A stretch of 64,000 nucleotides of DNA from the IMG/VR virus record IMGVR_UViG_3300042479_000799, positions 1 to 64,000 of that record; one strand, 5' to 3'. The DNA is from a virus. Lineage: Duplodnaviria; Caudoviricetes. How positions within the stretch are numbered: position 1 is the first letter of the stretch; every line of letters begins with the position of its first letter. The translations under genes and the position numbers were made by a program. The notes under the pieces were generated by a model. The model was not told the DNA's origin and did no database searches. It was given only the letters and a program-made list of their open reading frames with translations. Below, in pieces: positions 18,979-29,292 of this stretch.

Positions 18979-19647
18979 ATGTATGATAATATGTTATTTG
19001 TTTTAATATCAACTACCCATAAAAATCAAGAAAGAATACTTTCAGTTAAAAATACATGGGCAAAACATATGGATCATTTATATTATTCAGATCATTATGA
19101 TGCAGATAACAATATTATAAAAGTATCTGATGATGATTGTTATACCAGTAATGAGGAAAAAGGTATTAATATTTTAAATTCATTAAAAAATATAAAAAAG
19201 AATAATGAATATATTTTAGATTTATATAAATGGATGTATTTTGTTGATGATGATACTTTTGTTAATTACAAACTTGTATTTACAATGATTAAAGATTTTG
19301 ATGAAGATAATGTTTACGGTTATATTCTAAATAAAAATAATAACACAGATAATCCAATATTTAAACATAAAGATGTACCATCAGACTTTTCTTACATAGC
19401 CGGCGGCACGGGATTTTTTATAAGCAGCAAAACTGTAAAACAAATTAATTTTAAAAATTTTAAATTTGGATATACTGATGTAAGTATGGGATTTAATTTT
19501 AGAAATAATAACATTAAATTAGTAAATAAAGATAACTGTTGTCGTGATTATTCAAAATTAAATAATATAAATGATATGAGTCATTTATACTCATTTCATT
19601 ATGTAACTACTTATGATAGTATGATATTTTTATATAATAATATCTAA
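18979..19647 (+). CDS. GT31/Fringe-like glycosyltransferase
   Basis: TW, WMYFVDDDTFVN, GGTGFFIS, DVSMG, SFHY. Confidence 0.8.
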   Translation: MYDNMLFVLISTTHKNQERILSVKNTWAKHMDHLYYSDHYDADNNIIKVSDDDCYTSNEEKGINILNSLKNIKKNNEYILDLYKWMYFVDDDTFVNYKLVFTMIKDFDEDNVYGYILNKNNNTDNPIFKHKDVPSDFSYIAGGTGFFISSKTVKQINFKNFKFGYTDVSMGFNFRNNNIKLVNKDNCCRDYSKLNNINDMSHLYSFHYVTTYDSMIFLYNNI

Positions 19648-19693
19648 AATAGATTCTAGATTAAAATAATAAACATTAACTGTTGTTTTCTTA

Positions 19694-19701
19694 TATTTAT
19701 A
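19694..19701 (+). promoter_or_regulatory. candidate late-promoter box TATTTATA
   Basis: Exact box 3 nt before the ATG at 19705. It recurs intergenically at 26881(-), 26894, 26915, 30405, 52635(-), 53459(-), 57595, 58232(-), 60400(-) and 63766(-). Confidence 0.5.
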
Positions 19702-19704
19702 GTT

Positions 19705-20301
19705 ATGTCAAATACTATAAATGAAAATGATTTGGGAGATAGAATGTACACAGGACAATCCTTTGTACAAGGAGGATTAGGCGGTGCTTCTAGTTTGGGT
19801 ACTTATAGTTCACCTGATGTATCCCAAAATCCTGGTTCATTCAAATATGCTCCGACTATAGCTGGTTCTGCAAGTGATATTAGTACACCTCCACCAGATG
19901 ATTATGATAATAAATCAACATATGATCCAGGTCAATATCAAAAAGATATTCAAGATATCAAATACAAGGTAACACCAGATGAAGTTTTAGCTGGTTTACA
20001 ATATGAATTGAAGAAAATGGTGTTTAAAAGAAAAGACTTGGCTAAAGAATTGGTGGTAAGAAATCTTAAAGAAGATAACAAATACTACAGTAAATTGCAT
20101 ATGTTAAATATAGATGATGATGACAAGTTACCCGCAAAACCATCATTTATGAGTCCAGAATCAAAATCACAACCATATAATTTAAAAGCTACACCACAAC
20201 AAGAAGTTGTAGATTATCGTACACCACAAGAAAAAGAAATTGCTAAAATCATTAGAGAAATGGCTCAAAAGAAATATGAAAAACGATTCCCAAAAGCCTA
20301 A
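19705..20301 (+). CDS. hypothetical, probable virion/head-internal protein (DUF5661-like module)
   Basis: GLQYE...AKELVVRNLKEDNKYYSKL parallels a module in the next gene; late-type box upstream. Confidence 0.55.
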   Translation: MSNTINENDLGDRMYTGQSFVQGGLGGASSLGTYSSPDVSQNPGSFKYAPTIAGSASDISTPPPDDYDNKSTYDPGQYQKDIQDIKYKVTPDEVLAGLQYELKKMVFKRKDLAKELVVRNLKEDNKYYSKLHMLNIDDDDKLPAKPSFMSPESKSQPYNLKATPQQEVVDYRTPQEKEIAKIIREMAQKKYEKRFPKA

Positions 20302-21064
20302 AAAAGAACCAAATGATCCATTAATCGGTGATCCTAGAATGAAAGGTAGAAGATGGATGATTGACCCATATTGGGATGACGGTAAAACTTTCAACAAAAT
20401 TGATAAAATGAAAAAACTTAACGAATTTGATAAATGGACAGATACTGACCACAATGATTGGGATGTATCATATAAAGAATTTTATGAGCATTTAACCGAG
20501 GGTGTCGATTCACTTATTGGTGGCGTAGGTGATATCACTGCTCCTAGTAATGTAAACACCAAAGAATTGTCAATTGGTGTTCAAGTTGAAATGGAACATA
20601 CCAACGACGACAAAATTGCAACCGAAATTGCAATGGATCATTTAACAGAAGATCCTGAATATTATTCAAAATTGGTTGCTGCTGGTCTAGCTAACGAATT
20701 TAAATCATCAACAAATTCTGGAATAGGCGATCCAAACCAAAGTTTAAATGACAAATCAAGAATTGGAAACAATAGTGTTTCAAGCAATAACATGGGCGGA
20801 AATATAGGACGTACACCAAATGGACAAGTAGATGGTAGAAGAAGTTTACCAATAGTTGATAAAACTATTGAAATTGATATTGAAGAACCTACTTTAAACG
20901 AAGCAAAGAAAAAGAAAAAGAAAAAAGGTGCAAAACCTACTAATCCAGCATTATGGTCTTCTTGTAAATCATGGGCAAGAAGAACATTTGATGTATATCC
21001 CAGTGCTTATGCTAATGCTGCGGCAGCAAAACGATATAAATCTAAAGGTGGAGGATGGAGATAA
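20276..21064 (+). CDS. modular hypothetical virion protein (DUF5661-like module plus basic C-terminal module)
   Basis: GVQVEMEHT...IAMDHLTEDPEYYSKL and KPTNPALWS.CK...FDVYPSAYAN...YKSKGGGWR. Start moved to the ATG at 20276. Confidence 0.6.
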   Translation: MKNDSQKPKKEPNDPLIGDPRMKGRRWMIDPYWDDGKTFNKIDKMKKLNEFDKWTDTDHNDWDVSYKEFYEHLTEGVDSLIGGVGDITAPSNVNTKELSIGVQVEMEHTNDDKIATEIAMDHLTEDPEYYSKLVAAGLANEFKSSTNSGIGDPNQSLNDKSRIGNNSVSSNNMGGNIGRTPNGQVDGRRSLPIVDKTIEIDIEEPTLNEAKKKKKKKGAKPTNPALWSSCKSWARRTFDVYPSAYANAAAAKRYKSKGGGWR

Positions 21065-21068
21065 TTTT

Positions 21069-22925
21069 ATGAGTGACTATACTACATACACTAATTACGC
21101 AAAAAAAGCAATTGATGAATTGCAACAATTAGCCACTTTCAAGAAATCTTTAAAAGGTAAGAAATTAGCCGATAAAATTCGTGAAGCTGGATTGAAACTA
21201 ATCACCAAAAGCGGTGTTGATTCCATATTACACGGATTGGGTGAAAGTAATGGTTTCCAGAATCTTACCCCCGCACAAAAACAAACTGCTGAAAAATTAG
21301 TATCATTAAAAGATACTGCGTTAACCCATAAATCATCTAGTATTCAAGGTGTACTTGATGAAAATGCTGAAATGGCTCAAAGTGATATTACTAAAATTAT
21401 TGATTATAGTGAAAAACTACAATCAATGTTTACTGTAAATGACAACTTGGAAGATTGGGTAAAAGCTAAGTTGAATCACGCTTGTGATTATGTAGCTACT
21501 GTAAGAGATTATCTTAAGTTTTATAATGAAGAAAAACAAAAGGGTACACAAAATATTGAAGAAAAGTGGTCAAATACATATAAAAAATCAATAGATTGTA
21601 GTAACGCAAAAGGATTTAGTCAAAAAGCACATTGTGCAGCTCGTAGAAAAAGACAAGCTGGTGGAAAAACACAAAGTAAATCAGTCAAGGAATGTTATAA
21701 AGAAGCAGTTCAAGAACTATTAAAAGAACAAAATAGTAGTATGGCAATGGGTGCGTTAAAACAACTTAATAGTGACGCAAAAGAATTACAAACAATGTTG
21801 CAACCAACTACTCAATTAGAAGATTGGGTAAAGTCTAAATTGAATCTTGCAGGTGAATATCTTGATGATGTTTATCATCATTTGGATCATTTTGGTTCAA
21901 AAGGTAGACAATTTGATGAAAATTACTATACAGATAAAGACATAGAGAGACAAAAAAGGATGTTGAGATTTAGTTCTACAACACCCCCTGAAAAGAAATA
22001 TTGGTTTACACCAAGTGGTACAGTAGCTGAAGCAGGTTTGAGTCATGAAGGATGGATTAAAAACAATGATCCATCTTTGGTAGGTGCAACTTTAGTTGAT
22101 ACATATGATAATGCAATAAGAAAAGGTTATATTAGAGCAGTTGTTATGTATGATGTCTTGTTTTTATCCAATATGTTAAACCATGACTTTTCTATGAATG
22201 GCAATTCAAACGATAATATTCCTATGGTAAAATCAATAGTATTAGATGCAATTAAAAATTTTGTAAAAGAAAAGAATATTAAATCAGTTGCAACTGGTAA
22301 GGGTAAACCTATTAAAGATTTAAGTCCAGATGAAGAAGATCAAATTACAGAAGATTGGAAGAAGAAATTAGCAACAGCTGCATTAGCCGCATCTACTATG
22401 TTTGGTACACCAGATGTTCAAGCAAATCCTACATTAACTAGACCAGAAACAACTGCGGTTTCGCAGGTTAAACAACTATATACAGTTGAAGATGTTATTG
22501 CTGCTACAATAGTAGACGAAGCTGGTGGAGAAAAGAATGCTTACGAAGGTATGCAAGCTGTTTTAAATGTAATTATGAATCGTGTTAATGGAGATGTTCG
22601 AAAAGCAGCGATGCAATGTTTAAAACCATATCAATTTAGTGGATGGAATAAGGTCAATAAAAAAGATTCAGATTCAATCAAGAAATATATTGATTCAAAA
22701 AAGAGTCATGCAAGATTTAAAATTGCACTTGATTTAGTTAATCAAGCAAAAAGTGGTTCTTTAAAAGATATTACAAGTGGTGCAAATCATTTTTTAAATG
22801 TACAGTTAACTAAACAACAACGATCCAGCGGTAAATTACCATCTTGGTATAATAAAGATAAAGTTGTTGCTGATATAGGTAGACACCAGTTTCTTAAATT
22901 ACAAGAAATGCATGAACTTTCCTGA
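21069..22925 (+). CDS. modular virion protein with C-terminal SleB/Hydrolase_2-like cell-wall hydrolase
   Basis: Two LEDWVK.KL modules and DCSNAKGFSQKAHC; C-terminal IAATIVDEAGGE, GMQAVLNVIMNR, PYQFSGWN, GANHF, IGRHQF. Start moved to the ATG at 21069. Confidence 0.75.
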   Translation: MSDYTTYTNYAKKAIDELQQLATFKKSLKGKKLADKIREAGLKLITKSGVDSILHGLGESNGFQNLTPAQKQTAEKLVSLKDTALTHKSSSIQGVLDENAEMAQSDITKIIDYSEKLQSMFTVNDNLEDWVKAKLNHACDYVATVRDYLKFYNEEKQKGTQNIEEKWSNTYKKSIDCSNAKGFSQKAHCAARRKRQAGGKTQSKSVKECYKEAVQELLKEQNSSMAMGALKQLNSDAKELQTMLQPTTQLEDWVKSKLNLAGEYLDDVYHHLDHFGSKGRQFDENYYTDKDIERQKRMLRFSSTTPPEKKYWFTPSGTVAEAGLSHEGWIKNNDPSLVGATLVDTYDNAIRKGYIRAVVMYDVLFLSNMLNHDFSMNGNSNDNIPMVKSIVLDAIKNFVKEKNIKSVATGKGKPIKDLSPDEEDQITEDWKKKLATAALAASTMFGTPDVQANPTLTRPETTAVSQVKQLYTVEDVIAATIVDEAGGEKNAYEGMQAVLNVIMNRVNGDVRKAAMQCLKPYQFSGWNKVNKKDSDSIKKYIDSKKSHARFKIALDLVNQAKSGSLKDITSGANHFLNVQLTKQQRSSGKLPSWYNKDKVVADIGRHQFLKLQEMHELS

Positions 22926-23190
22926 AATTCCAACTTCATTAAACGATCCAATTTTTCAAAGTTTGGTTCGTAGAAAACAACAAGGTGAAGATACAAATCT
23001 ACCACCTATACAAGAATTTCCACAACAAGACATTAATGAATTGGAATCATTTTGTCGTAAGTATGGTATAATTGGGTTTAATTGTGGACGAATGCATCCA
23101 AGAGCAGCATTAAGAATGCTTAAAATGAAAATGGGTGTTCCAAATGAAGAAAAACCCATTGTTGAAAACAGGTCGTTATTAAAAGGTTAA
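22912..23190 (+). CDS. hypothetical protein
   Basis: 92-aa ORF in operon context. Confidence 0.55.
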   Translation: MNFPEIPTSLNDPIFQSLVRRKQQGEDTNLPPIQEFPQQDINELESFCRKYGIIGFNCGRMHPRAALRMLKMKMGVPNEEKPIVENRSLLKG

Positions 23191-24050
23191 GTTATCCATC
23201 TAACAATAGGTGTTCTAACCCATACATCGTTAGTGTAGATATAAATAAAGTTATTGTCAAATCTTACTTCACCAGGCATTCCTGATGATGTATAATTTGT
23301 AGGTGCAGATCCTGTATTATTCAGATTTAAATATACAAAAGAACCTGTGTCTGCTGTAATAGTATTATCTACATATACATTAGATGCAGTAATATATCCA
23401 CTTGCACTAATATTGCTTGCTGTAATACTTAATGCTATAATATCATTTGGATCTGATAACATTCTACCAACATACTGATATACAGTAGCATATATTCTAT
23501 TAGATGGTACAGTAGTAGTTGTAAATTGTAATATACCGCTTTTATAATCAAATTGATATGACGCACTTGGACTTAATGGAGTGAATGTTATACCATTAGC
23601 AGAAGTAAACAATGCAATATTATAACCTGGAGGATTACCGTTGTTATCTGCATCTGCACTTTGATTGACGATGTTTGAATCGCTTATATACTTTGGACTT
23701 ATGAAATTGGTTTGTTGTCCAACATCAATCAATTGACTTCCGATACCAGCAACACTGCCTGTTGGAGAAGTAAAGTACCAAACGGAACTACCAGTAACAG
23801 TATTATTTGCGACTGTAAGAGGCCATTTATACCAATATTTTATTACACCAGATGTAACTGTAGTACCAGCAGTTGCACTTGATGAATAAGGAAGACTTGC
23901 ACTAGGTATTAGATTGGTTTGAGACCAAATTTCAGAAGAACCTATTTGGATTGTAGATGCAAATGCTTCTTGAGAATCGGTAAGATCGGTACTGGTGTAT
24001 CGTCTTCCAACTAAAAGTCTTATTGCTTTTGTAAGAGTATCAAATGCCAT
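23187..24050 (-). CDS. putative virion structural / fibre protein
   Basis: S/T-rich beta-structured sequence; C-terminal P...SG.PGEVRFD.NFIYIY....W.R..I.RW motif of phage structural proteins. Confidence 0.6.
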   Translation of the reverse strand: MAFDTLTKAIRLLVGRRYTSTDLTDSQEAFASTIQIGSSEIWSQTNLIPSASLPYSSSATAGTTVTSGVIKYWYKWPLTVANNTVTGSSVWYFTSPTGSVAGIGSQLIDVGQQTNFISPKYISDSNIVNQSADADNNGNPPGYNIALFTSANGITFTPLSPSASYQFDYKSGILQFTTTTVPSNRIYATVYQYVGRMLSDPNDIIALSITASNISASGYITASNVYVDNTITADTGSFVYLNLNNTGSAPTNYTSSGMPGEVRFDNNFIYIYTNDVWVRTPIVRWIT

Positions 24051-24059
24051 ATAGTATAA

Positions 24060-26876
24060 TTATGCGAATTTTTCTATTTTCAAACTTGTTAATGGAGTTG
24101 GACTTCCATTATATCTTACTATAACATATAATTCATCTTTACTTGCGACTGTACTATCCAATGTCATACCGTCAACATTTCTTAATGGTATATTAATTAC
24201 ACCACCACTGTTACTTGCACCACTACCATTATTACCGTATAAGTCTATATTTGCACTAAATGGATTTTTACCGTCTGTAGACAAATTGGAAGTGGATATG
24301 TTTGAAGAAACAATGTTATTAGCTAAATTGGCAATATCATATATTCTGCATCTAGCATAAGTATTTGAATTACCGCTTTCAAATATCAATCCAATTGCAA
24401 TACTATTTGCAGTAGTTTCATCCCATTTAACTAATGTAGTATTACCAGTAAGTGTGATTCTTAATGTATTTACAACAGCGGTTGTTTTAAAATATCTTAC
24501 ATAATATTTGTAAGTTGTACCATATGATGATGGATACCAATATCCATTTGCACCACCTTGATTCACTAAGAATCCCGGCTTAACTTGAAGACTGGATGTT
24601 GGTAGATATGATGCACTATTGAAATAACTTCCACTTGAATTTAATAAATTGTCATTTAATACCATTCTGTATGATTCATCCAAGAATTGTTCTGTATTTG
24701 GATTCGTACTGAATGTTAAAGAACCTGTTGTATATCCTTCGGGTCTTCCGTAGTATAATAAACTACCACTTGCGCTAGGAATTCCAAATGAACCAGCAGT
24801 ATGAATAGTTGCTGTTTGACTTCCAAGTGTTGTTCCTGAACCAGCTCTATTGTATGTGGTATTATTAACAATAAATGTTGTTATTGTTGCTCCTGATGAC
24901 GCTGCTGTGGTTCCAGTACCAACTGCACTCATTGTTACACCGAATACAATTATATCTGATTCAAATGGATATGAACCAACAGTTCTTGTTGTTGTATAAT
25001 CTGAAGACTTTACAACATTTGCGGTTTGTATTGTTGGATTTGTAGTTAAAGTTGTTGTATTTGCAGTAGTTAAACCTAATGCGTTACTTGGAATTGTTGT
25101 TGTTGAAACTGTTCCATTATAATATAAAGGATTGAATGCATTACTTGCGGTAACAGTGTATATATAAGACGATCCACTTGTAATGTATGGTGCGCCGCTT
25201 AAACTTCTAGTTACAATGGATGATGCGGTGATTGTACTTCCTGGAGAACTGATTGTTTGAGTAAAATTACCGTCAACTAATGGAGTATAATATTGCGTTA
25301 AATTGCTGCCTGTAAAATAAGAATATGTTGAACTACCAGAATTTATTCCTACAAATCCAGATATAATATAAATACCAGAACTACTTACCGAAGACAAACT
25401 GATACTATTTGTTAAATTTGATCCTGTAAAATTATTAAAATATCCATCTTGATATATTGGTGGTATAACCGCCATATTTGCGGATGGAATTATTCTTAAT
25501 GCGATTGGAGTTGCAATACTTAAAGTACCATTATCACTAGATTGACTTACTACAACATTGGTATTATTGGTATAGTTTACTGTTCCAACACTACTTGATG
25601 CAAATGTAAGTGTGAATGATCCGCTTAATCTTACGGTATTTAATGCGCCGTTATTTAATAAACCCAATCCAAATGCATTTGTTCCTAAACTGGAACTTAC
25701 TGTGGTAGATCCACCTACTGTACTTCCATACAATGCGTAATTTGCAGCATTTCTAAATGTATATCCACTAAAAATTGTTTGTCCGATTGTTGCCCATCCA
25801 AGAGGTTGCAGATAGTTTACATATTGATTAGTCGAACCACTTGGTATTCGTCCATTAATTGTAATCGTCGATCCTACATTAGTATTTGTTGTTGAAACAC
25901 TACTTAAAATTTTTGTATTTGGAGCAGGAATAGGGAAACTCGCACTAAATGCTCCGGCTAAAAATCTTAGAGCATCTGATACATTGGTATCTGATGTCCA
26001 AGTTGAAAAATAAGAACCTGTCATAGAATTACCCCACGGATATGATGTACTTGGTATTCCAACATTTATATTTGATGATGATATTCTACCAGATACGGAA
26101 ATTGCACCGTCATATGTTAATGTATTTCCTATTTCTGATAGATTTGATGCGGTTAAATTACCAATCGCAGTTTCAACTTTTAAAAATGTATTTACTGGAA
26201 GTTGTTTTTCATTTCCAAAATCACTTACCGGACCTTGTAATATTAGTGCGCTGCTAGTTACGACAGGACTAGAACCAGTTTGATTGTTAGTCAATAACCA
26301 GTAATTGTTTGCACTATCCCATAACAATGAACTGGTAACAGAAGTGTTACTACCACTGTCAGTTAAATCTAATCCAGCATATCTTTGACTAAAAGAACCT
26401 GTACTCCAAGCATTTAATTGTATTCTATTATCACCAATTATTACTGTGCTTGAACTAATATTCACTACAGAACTGGTACCAAATACAGTTAAGTCTCCAT
26501 ATAATACGGTGATACCTTTTACAGACAATGTACCTAACTCTGTATTGCCACTTGCGCTTATATTACTTGATGTAACATTGGTTAAATTAGAATTTAATGC
26601 GGTTAAATTATTAGTAATTATAGAACTACCTGATAAACTACCACTTAAACTTCCAATAAATACAGAAGAGCTTATTACTGATGCGGTAACATTAGTAAAA
26701 TTTGCTGTGCTTGATGTAAGTGTCCCAATAGCAACACCTTCTAATGTAGATGTACCAATAACAGATCCTGTAGAATCTGTTCTTAATATGAGACTATTAC
26801 CGTTAACATATTTTTCTTGATATGCGGTATTAGTTACATTTCGCTGGTCAAACCTGATATCTTTAGCACTTGCCAT
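24060..26876 (-). CDS. large Ser/Thr/Gly/Asn-rich putative tail-fibre or baseplate protein
   Basis: 938 aa, low charge, fibre-like segments (VYGDLTVFGT, IGDNRIQLN, AGLDL..SG, LLWD...YW). Confidence 0.6.
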   Translation of the reverse strand: MASAKDIRFDQRNVTNTAYQEKYVNGNSLILRTDSTGSVIGTSTLEGVAIGTLTSSTANFTNVTASVISSSVFIGSLSGSLSGSSIITNNLTALNSNLTNVTSSNISASGNTELGTLSVKGITVLYGDLTVFGTSSVVNISSSTVIIGDNRIQLNAWSTGSFSQRYAGLDLTDSGSNTSVTSSLLWDSANNYWLLTNNQTGSSPVVTSSALILQGPVSDFGNEKQLPVNTFLKVETAIGNLTASNLSEIGNTLTYDGAISVSGRISSSNINVGIPSTSYPWGNSMTGSYFSTWTSDTNVSDALRFLAGAFSASFPIPAPNTKILSSVSTTNTNVGSTITINGRIPSGSTNQYVNYLQPLGWATIGQTIFSGYTFRNAANYALYGSTVGGSTTVSSSLGTNAFGLGLLNNGALNTVRLSGSFTLTFASSSVGTVNYTNNTNVVVSQSSDNGTLSIATPIALRIIPSANMAVIPPIYQDGYFNNFTGSNLTNSISLSSVSSSGIYIISGFVGINSGSSTYSYFTGSNLTQYYTPLVDGNFTQTISSPGSTITASSIVTRSLSGAPYITSGSSYIYTVTASNAFNPLYYNGTVSTTTIPSNALGLTTANTTTLTTNPTIQTANVVKSSDYTTTRTVGSYPFESDIIVFGVTMSAVGTGTTAASSGATITTFIVNNTTYNRAGSGTTLGSQTATIHTAGSFGIPSASGSLLYYGRPEGYTTGSLTFSTNPNTEQFLDESYRMVLNDNLLNSSGSYFNSASYLPTSSLQVKPGFLVNQGGANGYWYPSSYGTTYKYYVRYFKTTAVVNTLRITLTGNTTLVKWDETTANSIAIGLIFESGNSNTYARCRIYDIANLANNIVSSNISTSNLSTDGKNPFSANIDLYGNNGSGASNSGGVINIPLRNVDGMTLDSTVASKDELYVIVRYNGSPTPLTSLKIEKFA

Positions 26877-26929
26877 ATTTTATAAATATTGAATATTTAT
26901 ACTTAATTACATTATATTTATAAAGGATT

Positions 26930-27307
26930 ATGTCATACCCAATTGAAAAGTTAGAAAATCAAATGCTTGACTTGATAGATGAAGTTTATGCAGATAGTGG
27001 ATTGGGTAGATGGTTTGGCAAAGGTGGTGGAGGCAGTTCATCCGGCGGTGGTTGGGATAGATACAATAGTAGCGGTAAAAAAGCTGGTAAATGTGGTGAT
27101 GCAAAAAAAGGAAGCAGTTATAGTGCTTGTTTAGGCAAAAAGTATGCTGATAGATTAAGATCTAAGGGTGGTAAAAAAGCTATTGCAAATTGGGTAAAAA
27201 GAAAAAAGTCTGCTCAAAATAAAGCTGGTAGAGGAGAAAAAGGCAGTGGTGGCAAAGGTAAAGCTCCTGTAAAAGTAAGTTATAAAGAAACATTATCAAG
27301 AGATTAA
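26930..27307 (+). CDS. basic Gly/Lys-rich hypothetical protein
   Basis: GLGRWFGKGGGG...GWDRYN...GKCG; late-type box upstream. Confidence 0.6.
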   Translation: MSYPIEKLENQMLDLIDEVYADSGLGRWFGKGGGGSSSGGGWDRYNSSGKKAGKCGDAKKGSSYSACLGKKYADRLRSKGGKKAIANWVKRKKSAQNKAGRGEKGSGGKGKAPVKVSYKETLSRD

Positions 27308-27358
27308 TAATAACTTGATTTTCATTTATTATATCGTAATATATACACATATACAAAT

Positions 27359-27676
27359 ATGTATAAATGTATGAATAAATTTTATATTATAGATACTACA
27401 CAACGAAACGAACCTTTTATATTTGAAAATGTACAAGGTTTAATTACACATTTAGAAGGTACTGTTAAACGAAAGTTTGGACAAACCAGAGCCAATTATA
27501 TGCAAAATCTAATTGATTTGGGACATGGTTACGATGATCGTGAAGGTAGAACTTTTACAGAATCAATGCGAACAATATTTAATATTGGCATTGTTTCAAA
27601 AGGTGGTATATTGAAGAACTGTAACATCCATGATGTTGCACAGTATAGTAAATACCGAACTGAAATGGGTGATTAA
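27359..27676 (+). CDS. hypothetical protein
   Basis: 105-aa ORF downstream of a TTGATT-16-TAATAT promoter-like sequence. Confidence 0.55.
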   Translation: MYKCMNKFYIIDTTQRNEPFIFENVQGLITHLEGTVKRKFGQTRANYMQNLIDLGHGYDDREGRTFTESMRTIFNIGIVSKGGILKNCNIHDVAQYSKYRTEMGD

Positions 27677-27678
27677 AC

Positions 27679-29292
27679 ATGATTAATTTGGATGTAAAAT
27701 GGAGTGACGTTTATGAAATTGAATCTAAAAGTGGAATACCACTATGGACACGACATTGGTTAATACCAATGAAGTGTCGTAATGAATTCTTTGTTTATTG
27801 GAAGAGTAATAGTTTTAAGTTAAAAGAAAAAGGTTACGGTGTTAAAAAAATAGACAATGATTGGTTATTAACAGAAACACATACAACTGAAGATCAATTT
27901 TCTAAAAAGAAAATAGTGAATACAGTTAAATCAGACGAACCACTTAAATCATATGAAGTTAAAACAACTGATGGTTTGCGTCCTTGGCAAGTTAATGCGG
28001 TTTCAAAATTGTGTTCTGCCATTAAGAAATGGGGATGTGCAATTGATGGTAGTGACGTAGGCGTAGGCAAAACATATAATGCATGTGGTACTGCAAGAGA
28101 ATTAGATATGGACATTGTTGTAGTATGTCCAAAAGCAGTAATGGAATCTTGGAAACGAGTAATTAAGAACCATTTTAAGTTGAATCATAGATTGATAGGT
28201 GTTATTAATTATGAAATGTTGCGAATGGGTAAAAAAGACAGTATGATTGCATCTTATGTTAAGAGAAGAGATACTAGACGCAATGAATTTGTTTGGAATA
28301 TTCCTAAATCTACATTAATCATTTGGGATGAAAGTCAAAAACTAAAGGGTGCAAATACAAAAAATAGTGAAACTTGTTTATCCGCATTAAAACAAGGTTA
28401 CAAGATGTTATTTTGTAGTGCAACTAATGCAACTAATCCACTTGAGTTAAAGACAGTTGGTATGGCAATTAAGTTGTTTGAAAATAGTAAACAATATTAT
28501 ACTTGGTTATATGCGCATGGTGTTTCCAAAGGTAGATTTGGATTACAATTTAATGACGACAAAGAAGTATTGAAAAAACTTCATGGAGATATATTTGTTA
28601 ATAGAGGAGTAAGATTAACCAGAGATACAATTCCTAATTTTCCAGAAAGTCAAATTGATGCTGAATGTTATGATATGGAAGAAGATGCTCAAAATAAAAT
28701 TAATAACATTTATTCAGAAATGGAAGATGAATTAGCTAAGTTACAAAAGAAGATAAAGAAAGAAAGTAAGGAAAACACTAGCGAATTGACTGCAATTCTT
28801 AGGGCAAGACAAAAAATAGAATTAGTTAAGGTGCCATTATTCATTGAAATGGTTGAAGAAGCAATTGAAAATGGAATGAGTGTAGTAGTATTTTGTAATT
28901 TTACTGAAACTATTGATGCTTTATCAGAAAGATTAAATACTAAATGTATTGTTAACGGTGAAGCTAAGTATGCAAAAGCTAGACAACAAAATATTGATGA
29001 TTTTCAATCAGATAAAGAACGAATAATATTAGTTAATATTCAAGCTGGTGGTGCTGGATTAAGTTTACATGATTTGAATGGAAATCATCCACGTATGTCA
29101 TTGATTAGTCCTAGTTATTCTGCAGTATTAATGCGTCAAGCTACTGGACGAGTTTGGCGTGACAGTGCTAAAAGTAAAAGTATACAAAAGATTGTATTTG
29201 TTGCAAAAACCGTAGAAGAAAAAGTTTGTGATAGTGTAAAGCTTAAACTTGAAAATATGGATTTACTAAATGATGGAGATTTAACAACATGA
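27679..29292 (+). CDS. superfamily 2 (SNF2-like) helicase
   Basis: LRPWQ, GVGKT, WDESQ, SAT, QAGGAGLSL, QATGRVWR. Confidence 0.9.
   Translation: MINLDVKWSDVYEIESKSGIPLWTRHWLIPMKCRNEFFVYWKSNSFKLKEKGYGVKKIDNDWLLTETHTTEDQFSKKKIVNTVKSDEPLKSYEVKTTDGLRPWQVNAVSKLCSAIKKWGCAIDGSDVGVGKTYNACGTARELDMDIVVVCPKAVMESWKRVIKNHFKLNHRLIGVINYEMLRMGKKDSMIASYVKRRDTRRNEFVWNIPKSTLIIWDESQKLKGANTKNSETCLSALKQGYKMLFCSATNATNPLELKTVGMAIKLFENSKQYYTWLYAHGVSKGRFGLQFNDDKEVLKKLHGDIFVNRGVRLTRDTIPNFPESQIDAECYDMEEDAQNKINNIYSEMEDELAKLQKKIKKESKENTSELTAILRARQKIELVKVPLFIEMVEEAIENGMSVVVFCNFTETIDALSERLNTKCIVNGEAKYAKARQQNIDDFQSDKERIILVNIQAGGAGLSLHDLNGNHPRMSLISPSYSAVLMRQATGRVWRDSAKSKSIQKIVFVAKTVEEKVCDSVKLKLENMDLLNDGDLTT

Noticed and set aside
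3583-19647. Eukaryotic giant-virus origin (PolB, RFC, many GTs, Anp1/Fringe-like genes)
   Set aside because: Sigma70 promoters, intrinsic terminators, ATGA-coupled operons, CCA-encoding bacterial tRNAs, a prepilin and a SleB domain all indicate a bacteriophage.
20928-21068. N-terminal extension of the 665-aa ORF
   Set aside because: It overlaps the conserved C-terminal module of the previous gene. The ATG at 21069 just after that stop is more plausible.
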